A DNA stretch of 64,000 bases from Nitrospirota bacterium. GTDB lineage: Bacteria > Nitrospirota > Nitrospiria > Nitrospirales > Nitrospiraceae. Location of the stretch: positions 1-64,000 of the forward strand of contig CAVPGK010000021.1 in assembly GCA_963703955.1 (NCBI GenBank). Direction: 5' to 3'. This document shows, piece after piece, positions 29,356-38,871 of the stretch. The position numbers and the translations under genes were made by a program. Each line of letters opens with the position of its first letter. Position 1 is the stretch's first letter. Below the pieces are notes generated by a model, which saw only the letters and a list, made by a program, of their open reading frames with translations, did not search any database and had not been told where the DNA came from.

Positions 29356-32340
29356 ATGAGCATCACCGGACAGAATGGAGACGCGCCTCTCCTTCTTTTC
29401 CAAATGTTGGAAGACGAATATCAAACGCTGCACGGCCCACTTCCTGACCATTACCAAGAAGCGAAGCGGAAAATCCTCAGCCGAACTCCCATAGAGAATA
29501 ATGAGAGTCAGGTCAACGAAACGCTTGTATCGGAACTGTACAGATGTATCCATGCGAAACAACCGGCGGCCCTCTGCCTTTCCGGTGGAGGCATCCGCAG
29601 CGCGACCTTCGGATTGGGAGTCCTGCAAGGTCTCGCTCGACGCGGCCTGCTCGAGCAGTTTCACTATCTCTCGACCGTGTCGGGGGGAGGTTATCTCGGG
29701 AGTTGGCTGACGTCATGGATTCATCGCAAAGCGCTTCCCGCCGTTCTTGAAGAGCTGAGGAACCCTCCGCAGTCTAAACTGAATCCAGAAGCCAAGCCAA
29801 TTCGATACCTCCGAGAGTACAGCAATTACCTCACCCCTCAATTAGGGTTGCTCTCAGCGGATACATGGACGCTCATCGCCACCTACCTGCGCAATCTCTT
29901 CGTGAACTGGTTTGTGTGGCTACCGCTCCTGATGGCGATCCTCATGCTCCCCCGATTTATTGTGACGATTGCGGGGTACACGCCAAATCAGCATTGGCCT
30001 GTCATCCTCCTCCTTGGCGCCGGGCTCATTCCTGTCATTCTTGCTTTTGCTTATATCTTCCTAAACCTGCCCTCTGTTCGGGATGCCCTGGGAGGCGATG
30101 ATCATTTTTTCCGACGTCGTGAGACGCAAGAAAGTTTTCTCAGATGGTGTCTGGCTCCACTCTTGATCTCTGCCTTCTTGCTGACGACGGCGTGGGCTTG
30201 GCTTCGAAACTCGCAAAAAATGCCTCTTGCCGAGCTACCCTTTGTTCGTAACCTCCCGATGTGGGAGTCGATTCTCATTTTTGTTGCCATAGGCATGGTC
30301 ATGCACCTGCTCGGGTGGTTGATGGCGGTGGGATTTCTTATCCGGCCCAGGAAGCGTGAGACGGGTCAAGGCAGTCTGAAAGCGATTGGTCGATTTGTGG
30401 GGGCGTATCACTTTTCCGAGATCCTCGCCATTGTGATATCAGGCGCCGTTGGCGGTGTCGCTGCATGGGCGCTGGCCACCAAGATCTTCCCCGATCCATC
30501 GGATGAGCGGCACTTCGACTTCTATGCCTGCTTTGCTGTGCCCCTTCTTCTCCTTTCGTTTCTCATCGGCGGGGCTGTCTATGTCGGTTTGGCCAGCCGT
30601 TGGACCAATGACGATGATCGCGAATGGTGGGCGAGATCGAGTGGATGGATTATCATTGCCCTTGTCGCCTGGATAGGGTTAGCCGCAATCGTCATCTTTG
30701 GCCCTTCCTTATTACTAGAGATTCCTTACATTCTCGTTCCGCTCGGTGGCGCCACGGGCCTCCTGACCTTGTTGCTTGGATTTAGCGCCAAAACCCTTGC
30801 CAAGGGCGACCAGGCCGATGAAGGAGGTTGGCAGGCTCTTCTCTTCAAAGTCGCGCCTGTCCTCGCTGCTCCGGTCGCGATTCTTTCTCTTGCAGCTTTT
30901 CTGGCGCTCCTCACCAGTTGGATGATGCATGGGTTGCCCGGGATGGTCGCAGTTCAGCCTGATACAGACCATGCCGGTTCTCTGCCGAGCCTTTTTGACC
31001 GGGCTTATCACCGGATCGTCATCCACCACACGAACGGATGGTGGCTGTTGGTCCTGACGGGATTCCTGGTTCTGATTGCTGTGCCCATGGCCTTGCTCAT
31101 CAACGTCAACAAATTCTCCCTGCATTCCATCTACCGGAACCGGTTGGTTCGCGCGTACCTTGGCGCTTCAAACGAGGACCGCAATCCCAATCCATTTACC
31201 GGCTTTGACCCCCAGGACAATATCGAGATGTACCGATGCGCCCCTGATGCGCCGTCCGCCACAGCGGGTCCTCGACTCCTGCACATCGTCAACATTGCGC
31301 TGAATCTCGTGGGGAAGAAGAAAGAAAAGCTGGCGTGGCAAGAGCGGAAAGCCGAATCCTTCACGATGAGTCCGCTCCACGTCGGAAATTGGCAACTCGG
31401 TTATCGACGCACTGAAGACTACGGCAAGAGCAAGAGAGGAGAGGCCATTTCACTCGGAACGGCCATCGGCATTTCCGGAGCGGCTGCAAGTCCGAACATG
31501 GGATACCACTCCTCTCCGGCCGTCACGTTTCTCATGACCTTGTTCAATGTCCGACTCGGCTGGTGGCTTGGTAACCCCGGGAAAGCCGGGCGGGACACGT
31601 TTGATCAGCCCAGCCCGACGTTTTCGATTGGGCCGATGATCTATGAGGCTCTGGGATTCACCAATGATGATTACAAGTACGTGTACCTGTCTGATGGGGG
31701 TCACTTCGAAAACCTCGGTCTCTACGAGATGGTGCTGCGCCATTGTCGATTCATTCTGGCCATCGACTCAGGTCGAGATCCCGAGTGTGCGTTTGTAGAT
31801 CTCGGGAACGCCATCCGAAAGATTCGCATCGACTTGGGGATCCCCATCACGCTCCACAAGGTCCGTATCTACTCCCGGTCCAACCAGACGTGGAAACAGG
31901 ATAACATTCCGAAGTACTGTGCGCTCGGCGAAATCGGTTACAAGGCTCTCGACAGGCATCTGGAGAACGGCATCCTCCTCTATGTGAAGCCGGCCCTGAG
32001 CGGAGATGAACCGACCGATATCTACAATTATTCTCAAACCAATCGCGGATTCCCCCACGAATCCACCAGCGATCAGTGGTTTAGTGAAACCCAATTCGAG
32101 AGCTATCGGATGCTCGGTTCCCACATCATTCAACAAATGTGCATGAAAGACTGGGACGAGCAGTGGACAGGGGACGTCGTAACCGGCAAACAACCGCCGC
32201 TCGAATTCTTCAAAGCCCAGGTCGAAAAATACCTCAACCTCACGAACGAGCAGACCTCAGAACCAAAGCCATCCCCGGATGGCACCGGCACTCCCGTGGT
32301 CGAAAAGGTGCAGACGGACTCCAACCCCATGAAAGCTTAA
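29356..32340 (+). CDS. Large patatin/cPLA2-like phospholipase with inserted multi-TM domain
   Basis: SGGGIRSA, STVSGG (nucleophile), SDGGHFEN; many TM helices between the catalytic halves. Confidence 0.88.
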   Translation: MSITGQNGDAPLLLFQMLEDEYQTLHGPLPDHYQEAKRKILSRTPIENNESQVNETLVSELYRCIHAKQPAALCLSGGGIRSATFGLGVLQGLARRGLLEQFHYLSTVSGGGYLGSWLTSWIHRKALPAVLEELRNPPQSKLNPEAKPIRYLREYSNYLTPQLGLLSADTWTLIATYLRNLFVNWFVWLPLLMAILMLPRFIVTIAGYTPNQHWPVILLLGAGLIPVILAFAYIFLNLPSVRDALGGDDHFFRRRETQESFLRWCLAPLLISAFLLTTAWAWLRNSQKMPLAELPFVRNLPMWESILIFVAIGMVMHLLGWLMAVGFLIRPRKRETGQGSLKAIGRFVGAYHFSEILAIVISGAVGGVAAWALATKIFPDPSDERHFDFYACFAVPLLLLSFLIGGAVYVGLASRWTNDDDREWWARSSGWIIIALVAWIGLAAIVIFGPSLLLEIPYILVPLGGATGLLTLLLGFSAKTLAKGDQADEGGWQALLFKVAPVLAAPVAILSLAAFLALLTSWMMHGLPGMVAVQPDTDHAGSLPSLFDRAYHRIVIHHTNGWWLLVLTGFLVLIAVPMALLINVNKFSLHSIYRNRLVRAYLGASNEDRNPNPFTGFDPQDNIEMYRCAPDAPSATAGPRLLHIVNIALNLVGKKKEKLAWQERKAESFTMSPLHVGNWQLGYRRTEDYGKSKRGEAISLGTAIGISGAAASPNMGYHSSPAVTFLMTLFNVRLGWWLGNPGKAGRDTFDQPSPTFSIGPMIYEALGFTNDDYKYVYLSDGGHFENLGLYEMVLRHCRFILAIDSGRDPECAFVDLGNAIRKIRIDLGIPITLHKVRIYSRSNQTWKQDNIPKYCALGEIGYKALDRHLENGILLYVKPALSGDEPTDIYNYSQTNRGFPHESTSDQWFSETQFESYRMLGSHIIQQMCMKDWDEQWTGDVVTGKQPPLEFFKAQVEKYLNLTNEQTSEPKPSPDGTGTPVVEKVQTDSNPMKA

Positions 32341-32382
32341 GAATGCGCGTGACGGGACTGAGATGACAAGGAGGAGATCGCG

Positions 32383-32630
32383 ATGAAACACCGTTGTCAT
32401 CTTGGGGATCACTCTGTGTCTGGGCCTGGTCACCGTCACCCATGGGACCGATGGTCAAGACCGACAAAAACTTATCCTTCATTACGGAAACGGCAAGACA
32501 GACTTAACCGATTCTGAACTTGCGGGCACGCAGCTTTGGTTCGACGCGACAGCCGGCAATGCAGCATCGGTTCGGGGAAGACCTCTCGCTGATCGCGTTT
32601 CTGGCAACGTTGTAACCAAAGGACGGCACC
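32383..32630 (+). pseudogene. N-terminal remnant of a secreted protein
   Basis: GGAGGAG RBS plus ATG; frameshift after MK; signal peptide then ...ELAGTQLWFDATAGNA, then lost. Confidence 0.45.
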
Positions 32631-33503
32631 ATGCCATATCACACCTCTCGACTGACCTTGTTGCTCGTGGTCGCGCTCCTGGCCGGATGCGGTGAGTCTG
32701 CGCCACCACCCGTGAGCTTCGCGCCCAGCGGTGACGGATATGACTCCAAAATGGATTTTGCTCGGCTTGAGCACGAACTGCCGCTCACGCCGGCCGACCT
32801 CATGAAGATCACGCCGAAGAACCTCCAAGGCGCCACGCAAGAAGAAGTTGACCAGATCTACGCCAGGCTGACGGCTGGGCCGATCCCTGATGGGGCCTTC
32901 AAGGGCGAGATGTTCTTCCCTAAAGGCGGCAGTCGCCGGGCGCGAGTGGCTGAAATCGTAGGGAGTGGTCTGAAAGGACGCCTCGTGGATTTCAAATCCG
33001 CCAAGCTCGAACACGTTGGCGAGATCGTCTGGAAAGGGAAAGTCTTCTACCGCAACCAACGAGTCCTGCGGAACCGAGTGGATGATTTGGCGGTGCTCAC
33101 CCCGTTGCTCGGGAAGAGTATCGGGAGCATCCAGAAGCTGGAGGTGGACGGGAAGGACACCTGGCTGCTATTTCCCGCCAAGTTGTACTGCGGGCAGAGC
33201 CTGCTGGATGGTCGGCGGGAGTCCATCATCATCGACTACGCGTTCACCGACGACATCGATGGGTATCGTGAGATGCCCGACGCCCTGGCCGGGCGCGAGG
33301 GACTGCAGATTCGGGACGAAATTCGAATGGTCCGGCCCGGCTTTTATCTCGGGCGCGCGTATGCGCAGCGCGCATTTCTGTTGAATTTCACGCTGATCAA
33401 CAAAGAGATCGAGGCCAAGGAGTCCGATGCGTTCAAGGCAACGGGCAAGATCGACGAGGACTGTTGGGTGGGCCCTCAGCGAACGACGGCTATGGCGAAA
33501 TAG
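32631..33503 (+). CDS. Hypothetical lipoprotein (beta-barrel-like C-terminus)
   Basis: Lipobox LAGC; WKGKVF and IIIDY...IRDEIRMVRPGFYLGRAY motifs. Confidence 0.85.
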   Translation: MPYHTSRLTLLLVVALLAGCGESAPPPVSFAPSGDGYDSKMDFARLEHELPLTPADLMKITPKNLQGATQEEVDQIYARLTAGPIPDGAFKGEMFFPKGGSRRARVAEIVGSGLKGRLVDFKSAKLEHVGEIVWKGKVFYRNQRVLRNRVDDLAVLTPLLGKSIGSIQKLEVDGKDTWLLFPAKLYCGQSLLDGRRESIIIDYAFTDDIDGYREMPDALAGREGLQIRDEIRMVRPGFYLGRAYAQRAFLLNFTLINKEIEAKESDAFKATGKIDEDCWVGPQRTTAMAK

Positions 33504-34021
33504 TGAGACGGTTGCCAATCGATCATGTCGATCGTACCCGATGACGTGACAGTGACGGACTGGCCATATTCCGTTGGTCTCTTCCTCATGGCGCTTGTCG
33601 CCCTGGTTTCGTGCAGCCGCGAGTCGCCCGATGACCCACCGTCCTCTTTAGGCAAGACGAAGGGCTCTGCTCACGCGGTCCAGGCCCAGGTGAATCGCTG
33701 TGCGGAGCGCATCTTCTTTCGCTTGCGAATGTGGGGACTGGGCGGCTCACGCCCCTCCTGAAAGAGACCCTCTGGTCGAAGAGATTACCTTCTATCCATC
33801 CTACAGCCAGTTAATCCAAAAGCTTCTGTACCCTAACGCGGAGGCAATGTCGATCTCTGCCCACTCAAGCCGATTAGGGTTGACCTAAGACCAGCCTATC
33901 GGATACTGTCTGCCCAAAATGGGCTACGGGGCCAGTTTTTCTGAGTTACCCGCCTGAGGCTGTGGAACGCAGGCTCTCACCAGGTCATCGCGGTAATAAT
34001 TTTGAGTGCTCAAAGGAGCGC

Positions 34022-34158
34022 ATCGTGCTCGACTACTCTGAGACGTCGTTCTTCGCCCATTGGATCCGCGATGAGCTACGACAGATCGGGCCGCGCTTTT
34101 ATCTCAGCAAGGTGTATTGGAAAAAAGACGGCTGATCGATTTCTGTCTGCCGTTCTGA
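34022..34158 (+). pseudogene. 3' remnant of a homolog of the 32631 gene
   Basis: IVLDYSETSFFAHWIRDELRQIGPRFYLSKVYW, then frameshift to RLIDFCLPF*. Confidence 0.65.
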
Positions 34159-34162
34159 TGCC

Positions 34163-35461
34163 GTGACGCCGCAGTCCCAATTCATGCTGGTGGCACAGGT
34201 CACCCCAGGCCGCGAGCGCGCCCTGCGGGAACTGCTGGAGACGATGAACCCGGAGCCGGGTATGGCCGACCCGGCGAACGCGGTGTTACCGTTCGGGCAA
34301 TTCGAACGCCTGCATTTTGCGCGGCTGGCGGTGCTGGACGATCCCACGCTCGGCGACATTGAAGCGCACGGTGTCCCGCGCCCGAGCCTCCCCGTCTACC
34401 TTGTGTTTATCGGCAGTTGTGATGGGCCCGCAGGCGAGTGCATCGCGGATCTGGCACAGCGCGCGGGCACGGGCCTACGCCGAATCTTCATGCACTGCGA
34501 CGGCTTCGACGCGCAGGGCGACCTGCTGGCCTGGATGCAAGCGCATCAACGTCAACTCGCTGCCAATTACATCAATTGGGTCGGTCGTACGGTGCGACAG
34601 ATTAAGGAGGAAAGCGCACTGCGACGCGCTCTCGCCGCAAAGGTGCCGCGCGCGCCGCTCGCATCGGCCGCGCAAGCCCAGCAACTCCGGCGCGAGCTGA
34701 TCGACTTCGTCGATGCCGAAGTAAGCGCCGGGAGGCTTGGCCTGACGCCGCCAGAGCCGACACCACTGCGCTGGCAAATCGCAAAGCTCCTGCATCTCGT
34801 TTCGATTCCGCTGGCGGGCCTGATCTTGCTGCCGTTTTTGATTGTCCTGTCGCCGCTCTTGATCTTCATCTTGCGCACGAAAGAGAACAGCGACGCCGAA
34901 ATCTGCCCGCCCCCGGACCGCGCGGTGCTGCTGGAATTGCAGCATCTGGAAGACTACGACGTGACCAACCAATACACGGCGATCGGCTCGGTCAAGCCGG
35001 GATTGTTTCGCCGTTGGCTCGTGACTGTGCTGCTGGTGCTGATCGACTACACCTGCCGCCATGTCTTTACGCGCGGTTTTCTCGCACGCGTGCAGACGAT
35101 TCATTTCGCGTTCTGGGCCTTTCTCGATGACAAGCGCCGGCTTGTCTTCATGAGCAACTATGACGGCGGCCACGAGGCCTACATGGACGACTTCATCAAC
35201 AAGGTGGCGTGGGGCCTGAATCTCGCTTTCAGCCACGGCGTGGGCTGGCCGCGCACGCGTTGGTTGGTCGCGCGCGGAGCGCGCATTGAAAACAAGTTCA
35301 AGCACTACCAGCGGCGCCATCAGTTGCCGACACAGGTCTGGTACAGAGCCTACCCGGGCCTGGCCCTGGTCGACCTCAAGCGCAACCAGCGCATTAGGAA
35401 AGGGCTGGAGCTTGCGACCGTGACTGATGCGCAGGCTCAGGCCTGGTTGCGGCTGCTATGA
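34163..35461 (+). CDS. Hypothetical membrane-associated protein coupled to the Dyp peroxidase
   Basis: Two repeated HFA...D domains (LHFARLAVLDD; IHFAFWAFLDD...SNYDG); ATGA overlap with the next gene. Confidence 0.85.
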   Translation: MTPQSQFMLVAQVTPGRERALRELLETMNPEPGMADPANAVLPFGQFERLHFARLAVLDDPTLGDIEAHGVPRPSLPVYLVFIGSCDGPAGECIADLAQRAGTGLRRIFMHCDGFDAQGDLLAWMQAHQRQLAANYINWVGRTVRQIKEESALRRALAAKVPRAPLASAAQAQQLRRELIDFVDAEVSAGRLGLTPPEPTPLRWQIAKLLHLVSIPLAGLILLPFLIVLSPLLIFILRTKENSDAEICPPPDRAVLLELQHLEDYDVTNQYTAIGSVKPGLFRRWLVTVLLVLIDYTCRHVFTRGFLARVQTIHFAFWAFLDDKRRLVFMSNYDGGHEAYMDDFINKVAWGLNLAFSHGVGWPRTRWLVARGARIENKFKHYQRRHQLPTQVWYRAYPGLALVDLKRNQRIRKGLELATVTDAQAQAWLRLL

Positions 35462-36981
35462 GCACAATCGTCAGCCAGGGCAGATCCGTGGAACTGGACG
35501 ACATGCAGGGCCTGGTACGGTTCGGGTACAAGCACCTGACGGAAGCTTGTTTTTTCCTACTGCGCGTCAAGGATCCGGCCGCTGCGCGCGCCTGGTTGGC
35601 GCAGGCTCCCATAACGAGGGCAGTCAAGGTCGATCCACTGCCCCAGACTGCGCTCCAGGTCGCATTCACGAGCGAGGGGCTGCGTGCATTGGAGGTCGCC
35701 ACTGACCTATGCGAGGGATTTTCAGCCGAATTTGTCGCTGGCATGGCCAGTGACGCCGCACGGGCACGCCGTCTGGGAGATGTAGGCGCCAATGATCCAG
35801 GTGGCTGGAGATGGGGCGCCGGCGAGCGGGTACCGCACGTCGCCCTGCTCCTCTATGCCCGGTCCGGGCGACTGGCGGGGTGGGAACAGGAGATCGAAGC
35901 GCAATGCGCGGCCGGCTTCGTGCGCATCGAACGCCTGTCGACGTCCGATACGCAGGGCCTGGAGCCGTTTGGATTTGTCGACGGCATTTCACAACCGCAA
36001 GTCGATTGGGAGCGCAAGCGCCCGGTGCGCGACCAGGACCAGCTCGAGTACAGCAACGTCAGTTGTCTCGGCGAGTTCCTTCTCGGCTATCCCAACGAAT
36101 ACGGGCTCTACACACCGCGTCCGCTGCTTGCTCCACAGCGTGACCCAATTGGTCTGCTGCCGAGGGCCGAAGACGCACCGGACCAAGCCGACCTCGGACG
36201 CAACGGCTGCTATCTGGTGATACGCCAGTTGCGGCAAGACGTGCAACGCTTCTGGCGCGAACTGGACCGGCAAGCGGACGGCGATGCGGACTTGCGCGAG
36301 CGGCTGGCCGCGGCGATGGTGGGCCGAAGGAAAAATGGCGAACCTCTGGTAGGGCCAAACGAGGAGTCGGTCGCTGACGGCGCTTCGCCGCCGCAATCGA
36401 AACTGAACGCCTTCACCTACCAGGCCGATCCACAAGGCCTGCGCTGCCCGTTGGGCGCGCACATTCGACGGACCAATCCGCGCAATGCGGATTTGCCGCC
36501 CGGTGTGCGTGGAATCCTCTCGCGTCTGTGGCGTATGCTGGGATTCATCGCGGCGGCGCGGGAGCAGGATTTGGTTGCATCCACACGCTTTCATCGCCTG
36601 CTTCGCCGCGGACGAACATTCGGTGCAGGCGTGGCGCCGGCGTTGTCTGCGACGCAATCCTCGCCCGGCGCAGATACCGGGCTCTATTTCATCTGCCTTG
36701 TGGCCAATATCAAGCGCCAGTTCGAATTCGTGCAAAGCGCGTGGTTGATAGGGAACAAATTTGCCGGGCTCACCGCCGAAAGCGATCCATTGCTCGGCCA
36801 CCGATTGCCGGACCCGGGGGACTCTCCAACCGACGGCTTCTCGATTCCGCAAGCCGATGGTCCGGATCGTCGGTTGAGCGGCCTGCCGCAGTTCGTCACC
36901 GTGCAAGGCGGCGCCTACTTTTTCCTGCCCGGTATTCGCGCCTTGCGTTACCTCGCGACGACGCACTCAAAGGGGTCGTGA
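35458..36981 (+). CDS. Dyp-type heme peroxidase
   Basis: FGFVDGISQP (GxxDG), GAHIRRTNPR, LLRRG, QFEFVQ, GGAYFFLP. Confidence 0.9.
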   Translation: MSTIVSQGRSVELDDMQGLVRFGYKHLTEACFFLLRVKDPAAARAWLAQAPITRAVKVDPLPQTALQVAFTSEGLRALEVATDLCEGFSAEFVAGMASDAARARRLGDVGANDPGGWRWGAGERVPHVALLLYARSGRLAGWEQEIEAQCAAGFVRIERLSTSDTQGLEPFGFVDGISQPQVDWERKRPVRDQDQLEYSNVSCLGEFLLGYPNEYGLYTPRPLLAPQRDPIGLLPRAEDAPDQADLGRNGCYLVIRQLRQDVQRFWRELDRQADGDADLRERLAAAMVGRRKNGEPLVGPNEESVADGASPPQSKLNAFTYQADPQGLRCPLGAHIRRTNPRNADLPPGVRGILSRLWRMLGFIAAAREQDLVASTRFHRLLRRGRTFGAGVAPALSATQSSPGADTGLYFICLVANIKRQFEFVQSAWLIGNKFAGLTAESDPLLGHRLPDPGDSPTDGFSIPQADGPDRRLSGLPQFVTVQGGAYFFLPGIRALRYLATTHSKGS

Positions 36982-38222
36982 TGCAAAGGAACGTGTTGGG
37001 CTCAATGACGAGCCGCCCGGTGCCGCCTTCTAATACCGGGTCGGCAGTCCTGAACTGGATCAGCGACACGTCACTGCGACTACTACAACTGGAGCGGCGC
37101 ATCGATCCCTGGATGCGTCCGGCCTTCGATGCGGTGCTGCGCGACCCGATCGCACGCCTGACCACCGCGTTGATCAACTGGCGGCGCCCGAACGAAGGAC
37201 TAAAGATCGCCGAGGAACGGCTGCAACCGGACGAAGAGGCCTCACTCCAATCGATCATCGATACCTTCCGGGCCCAGATGCGCGGGCTCTGGAAGCCGGG
37301 CGGATTCGAACGCGGCGGCAACACTAAGACCCACGGCATCGTGCGTGCGGAGTTCATCGTCCACGACGGCCTGCCGCCGCGGTTCCGGCACGGCATCTTC
37401 GCGCAACCCAAAACCTATCGCGCATGGGTACGCTTTTCCGGACCCGGGCCGTACGTGACGCCGGACATCGACGACGTGGGTTTCATGAGCATCAGCATCA
37501 AGCTGATGGGAGTTCCCGGTCCCAAATTGATGGACGAGGAGAAATTCACGCAGGACATGTTCGGCGTGTCCACGCCTACTTTTGTGACGCCGGACACGCG
37601 CGCGAACGCTCAGTTGCAGCTTGAGAGCCTAAAGAACGCACAGATTTTCTACTTCCTGAATCTACACAGGCCGCACGTGCTGGACTTCATCATGCAGGGA
37701 CTGTGGGTCAAGACTCAGAGCAGTCCATTCGAGACGCCATATTTCAGTTGTGTGCCTTATCTTCTGGGAGAAGGGCAGGCGATGCAGTATTCGGTATGGC
37801 CGAAGTCAAGCAAGAAAACACCGATCCCACGCCTGCCGCTGCGGCCGCCTGATGACTACCTGCGCAACGCCATGGTTGCCGCGCTCAATCAGCGCGATGT
37901 CGAGCTTGACATTCGCCTGCAGTTGCAGACTGATCCTCATCTGATGCCGATCGAAAACAATGCGGTGCTGTGGCCGGAGCGGCTGTCGCCCCGCGTTTCG
38001 GCGGCCACGTTGCGCATCCCGAAGCAGAAATTCGATTCGCCGGCGCAGATCGCGTTCGCGCGACGTCTTTCCTACAATCCGTGGCACTGCATCGCCGAAC
38101 ATCGCCCGCTCGGCAATCAAAGCCGGGCCCGGCGCCGCATGTATTTCGAGTTGTCGAAGTTGCGGCACGACATGAACGGTGTGCCGCACTATGAGCCGAG
38201 TGGGGATGAAACGTTTGCTTAG
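36981..38222 (+). CDS. Catalase-like (small catalase-related) heme protein
   Basis: KTHGIVRAEF, WVRFS, SYNPWH...HRPLG..RARRRMY (proximal Tyr); TGATG overlap. Confidence 0.85.
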   Translation: MQRNVLGSMTSRPVPPSNTGSAVLNWISDTSLRLLQLERRIDPWMRPAFDAVLRDPIARLTTALINWRRPNEGLKIAEERLQPDEEASLQSIIDTFRAQMRGLWKPGGFERGGNTKTHGIVRAEFIVHDGLPPRFRHGIFAQPKTYRAWVRFSGPGPYVTPDIDDVGFMSISIKLMGVPGPKLMDEEKFTQDMFGVSTPTFVTPDTRANAQLQLESLKNAQIFYFLNLHRPHVLDFIMQGLWVKTQSSPFETPYFSCVPYLLGEGQAMQYSVWPKSSKKTPIPRLPLRPPDDYLRNAMVAALNQRDVELDIRLQLQTDPHLMPIENNAVLWPERLSPRVSAATLRIPKQKFDSPAQIAFARRLSYNPWHCIAEHRPLGNQSRARRRMYFELSKLRHDMNGVPHYEPSGDETFA

Positions 38223-38364
38223 GCACGCTCGCAGAAACCCCGGATAGCGGCCGCTGCCCCTCCTGGAAGAGATCCTCCGGTCAAGAGGTTTACCTTCGAT
38301 CCATCCTGCGGTTCGATAAACTCACCGTCCCGATGAAGATCGAGGGACAGCTAGTTAACCCTGG

Positions 38365-38401
38365 TTGACAAATATAGTCATAATAGTAAACAACGTGACT
38401 A
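38365..38401 (+). promoter_or_regulatory. Promoter/operator of the TA module
   Basis: TTGACA followed by inverted repeat tagtca...tgacta. Confidence 0.55.
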
Positions 38402-38411
38402 GATTGGATGA

Positions 38412-38818
38412 ATGAACATGCGTACGGTCAACATTGCCAAGCTTAAAGCTAGACTGAGTGAATACATCCGTGCGGCCCGGGCTGGAGAAACGATGCGTAT
38501 TCTTGATCGCCGTCAGGAAGTCGCCCGGCTTTCAGGCGTCCATGCTCCGGACGTCGTGCGGGTTGCCAAAATACTGGTCGAGCGAGGCCTTGCGGAATGG
38601 CGCGGCGGGGTAAGCCCGTCATCAAGCCCTTGAAACCGCGTAAGGGGGCAGCGCATCTGGCTGATGCTGTGCTAGAAGACCTGATGATTCTCTACCTTGA
38701 TACTTCGAGCCTGCTGAAGCTGTACGTTGAAGGGACAGGGACGAATGAGGTCATGGAAAGGACCGCGCTGTCCGATGTCATCGACATAGCGAAGGAGCTT
38801 TGTCCAAAACACAGTTAA
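38412..38818 (+). pseudogene. Decayed Phd/YefM antitoxin - VapC (PIN) toxin module
   Basis: VNIAKLKARLSEYIR antitoxin (frameshift at about 38607); MILYLDTSSLLKLYVE from 38684 stops after about 44 aa. Confidence 0.8.
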
Positions 38819-38871
38819 AGCCCGTCTTGGAGACGTTATGACATTCCGCTGATCTGCAGGGAGGATGACTC

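Noticed and set aside
29356..32340. CBASS CapV-type effector
   Set aside because: No CD-NTase or other CBASS genes nearby; the multi-TM architecture differs from CapV
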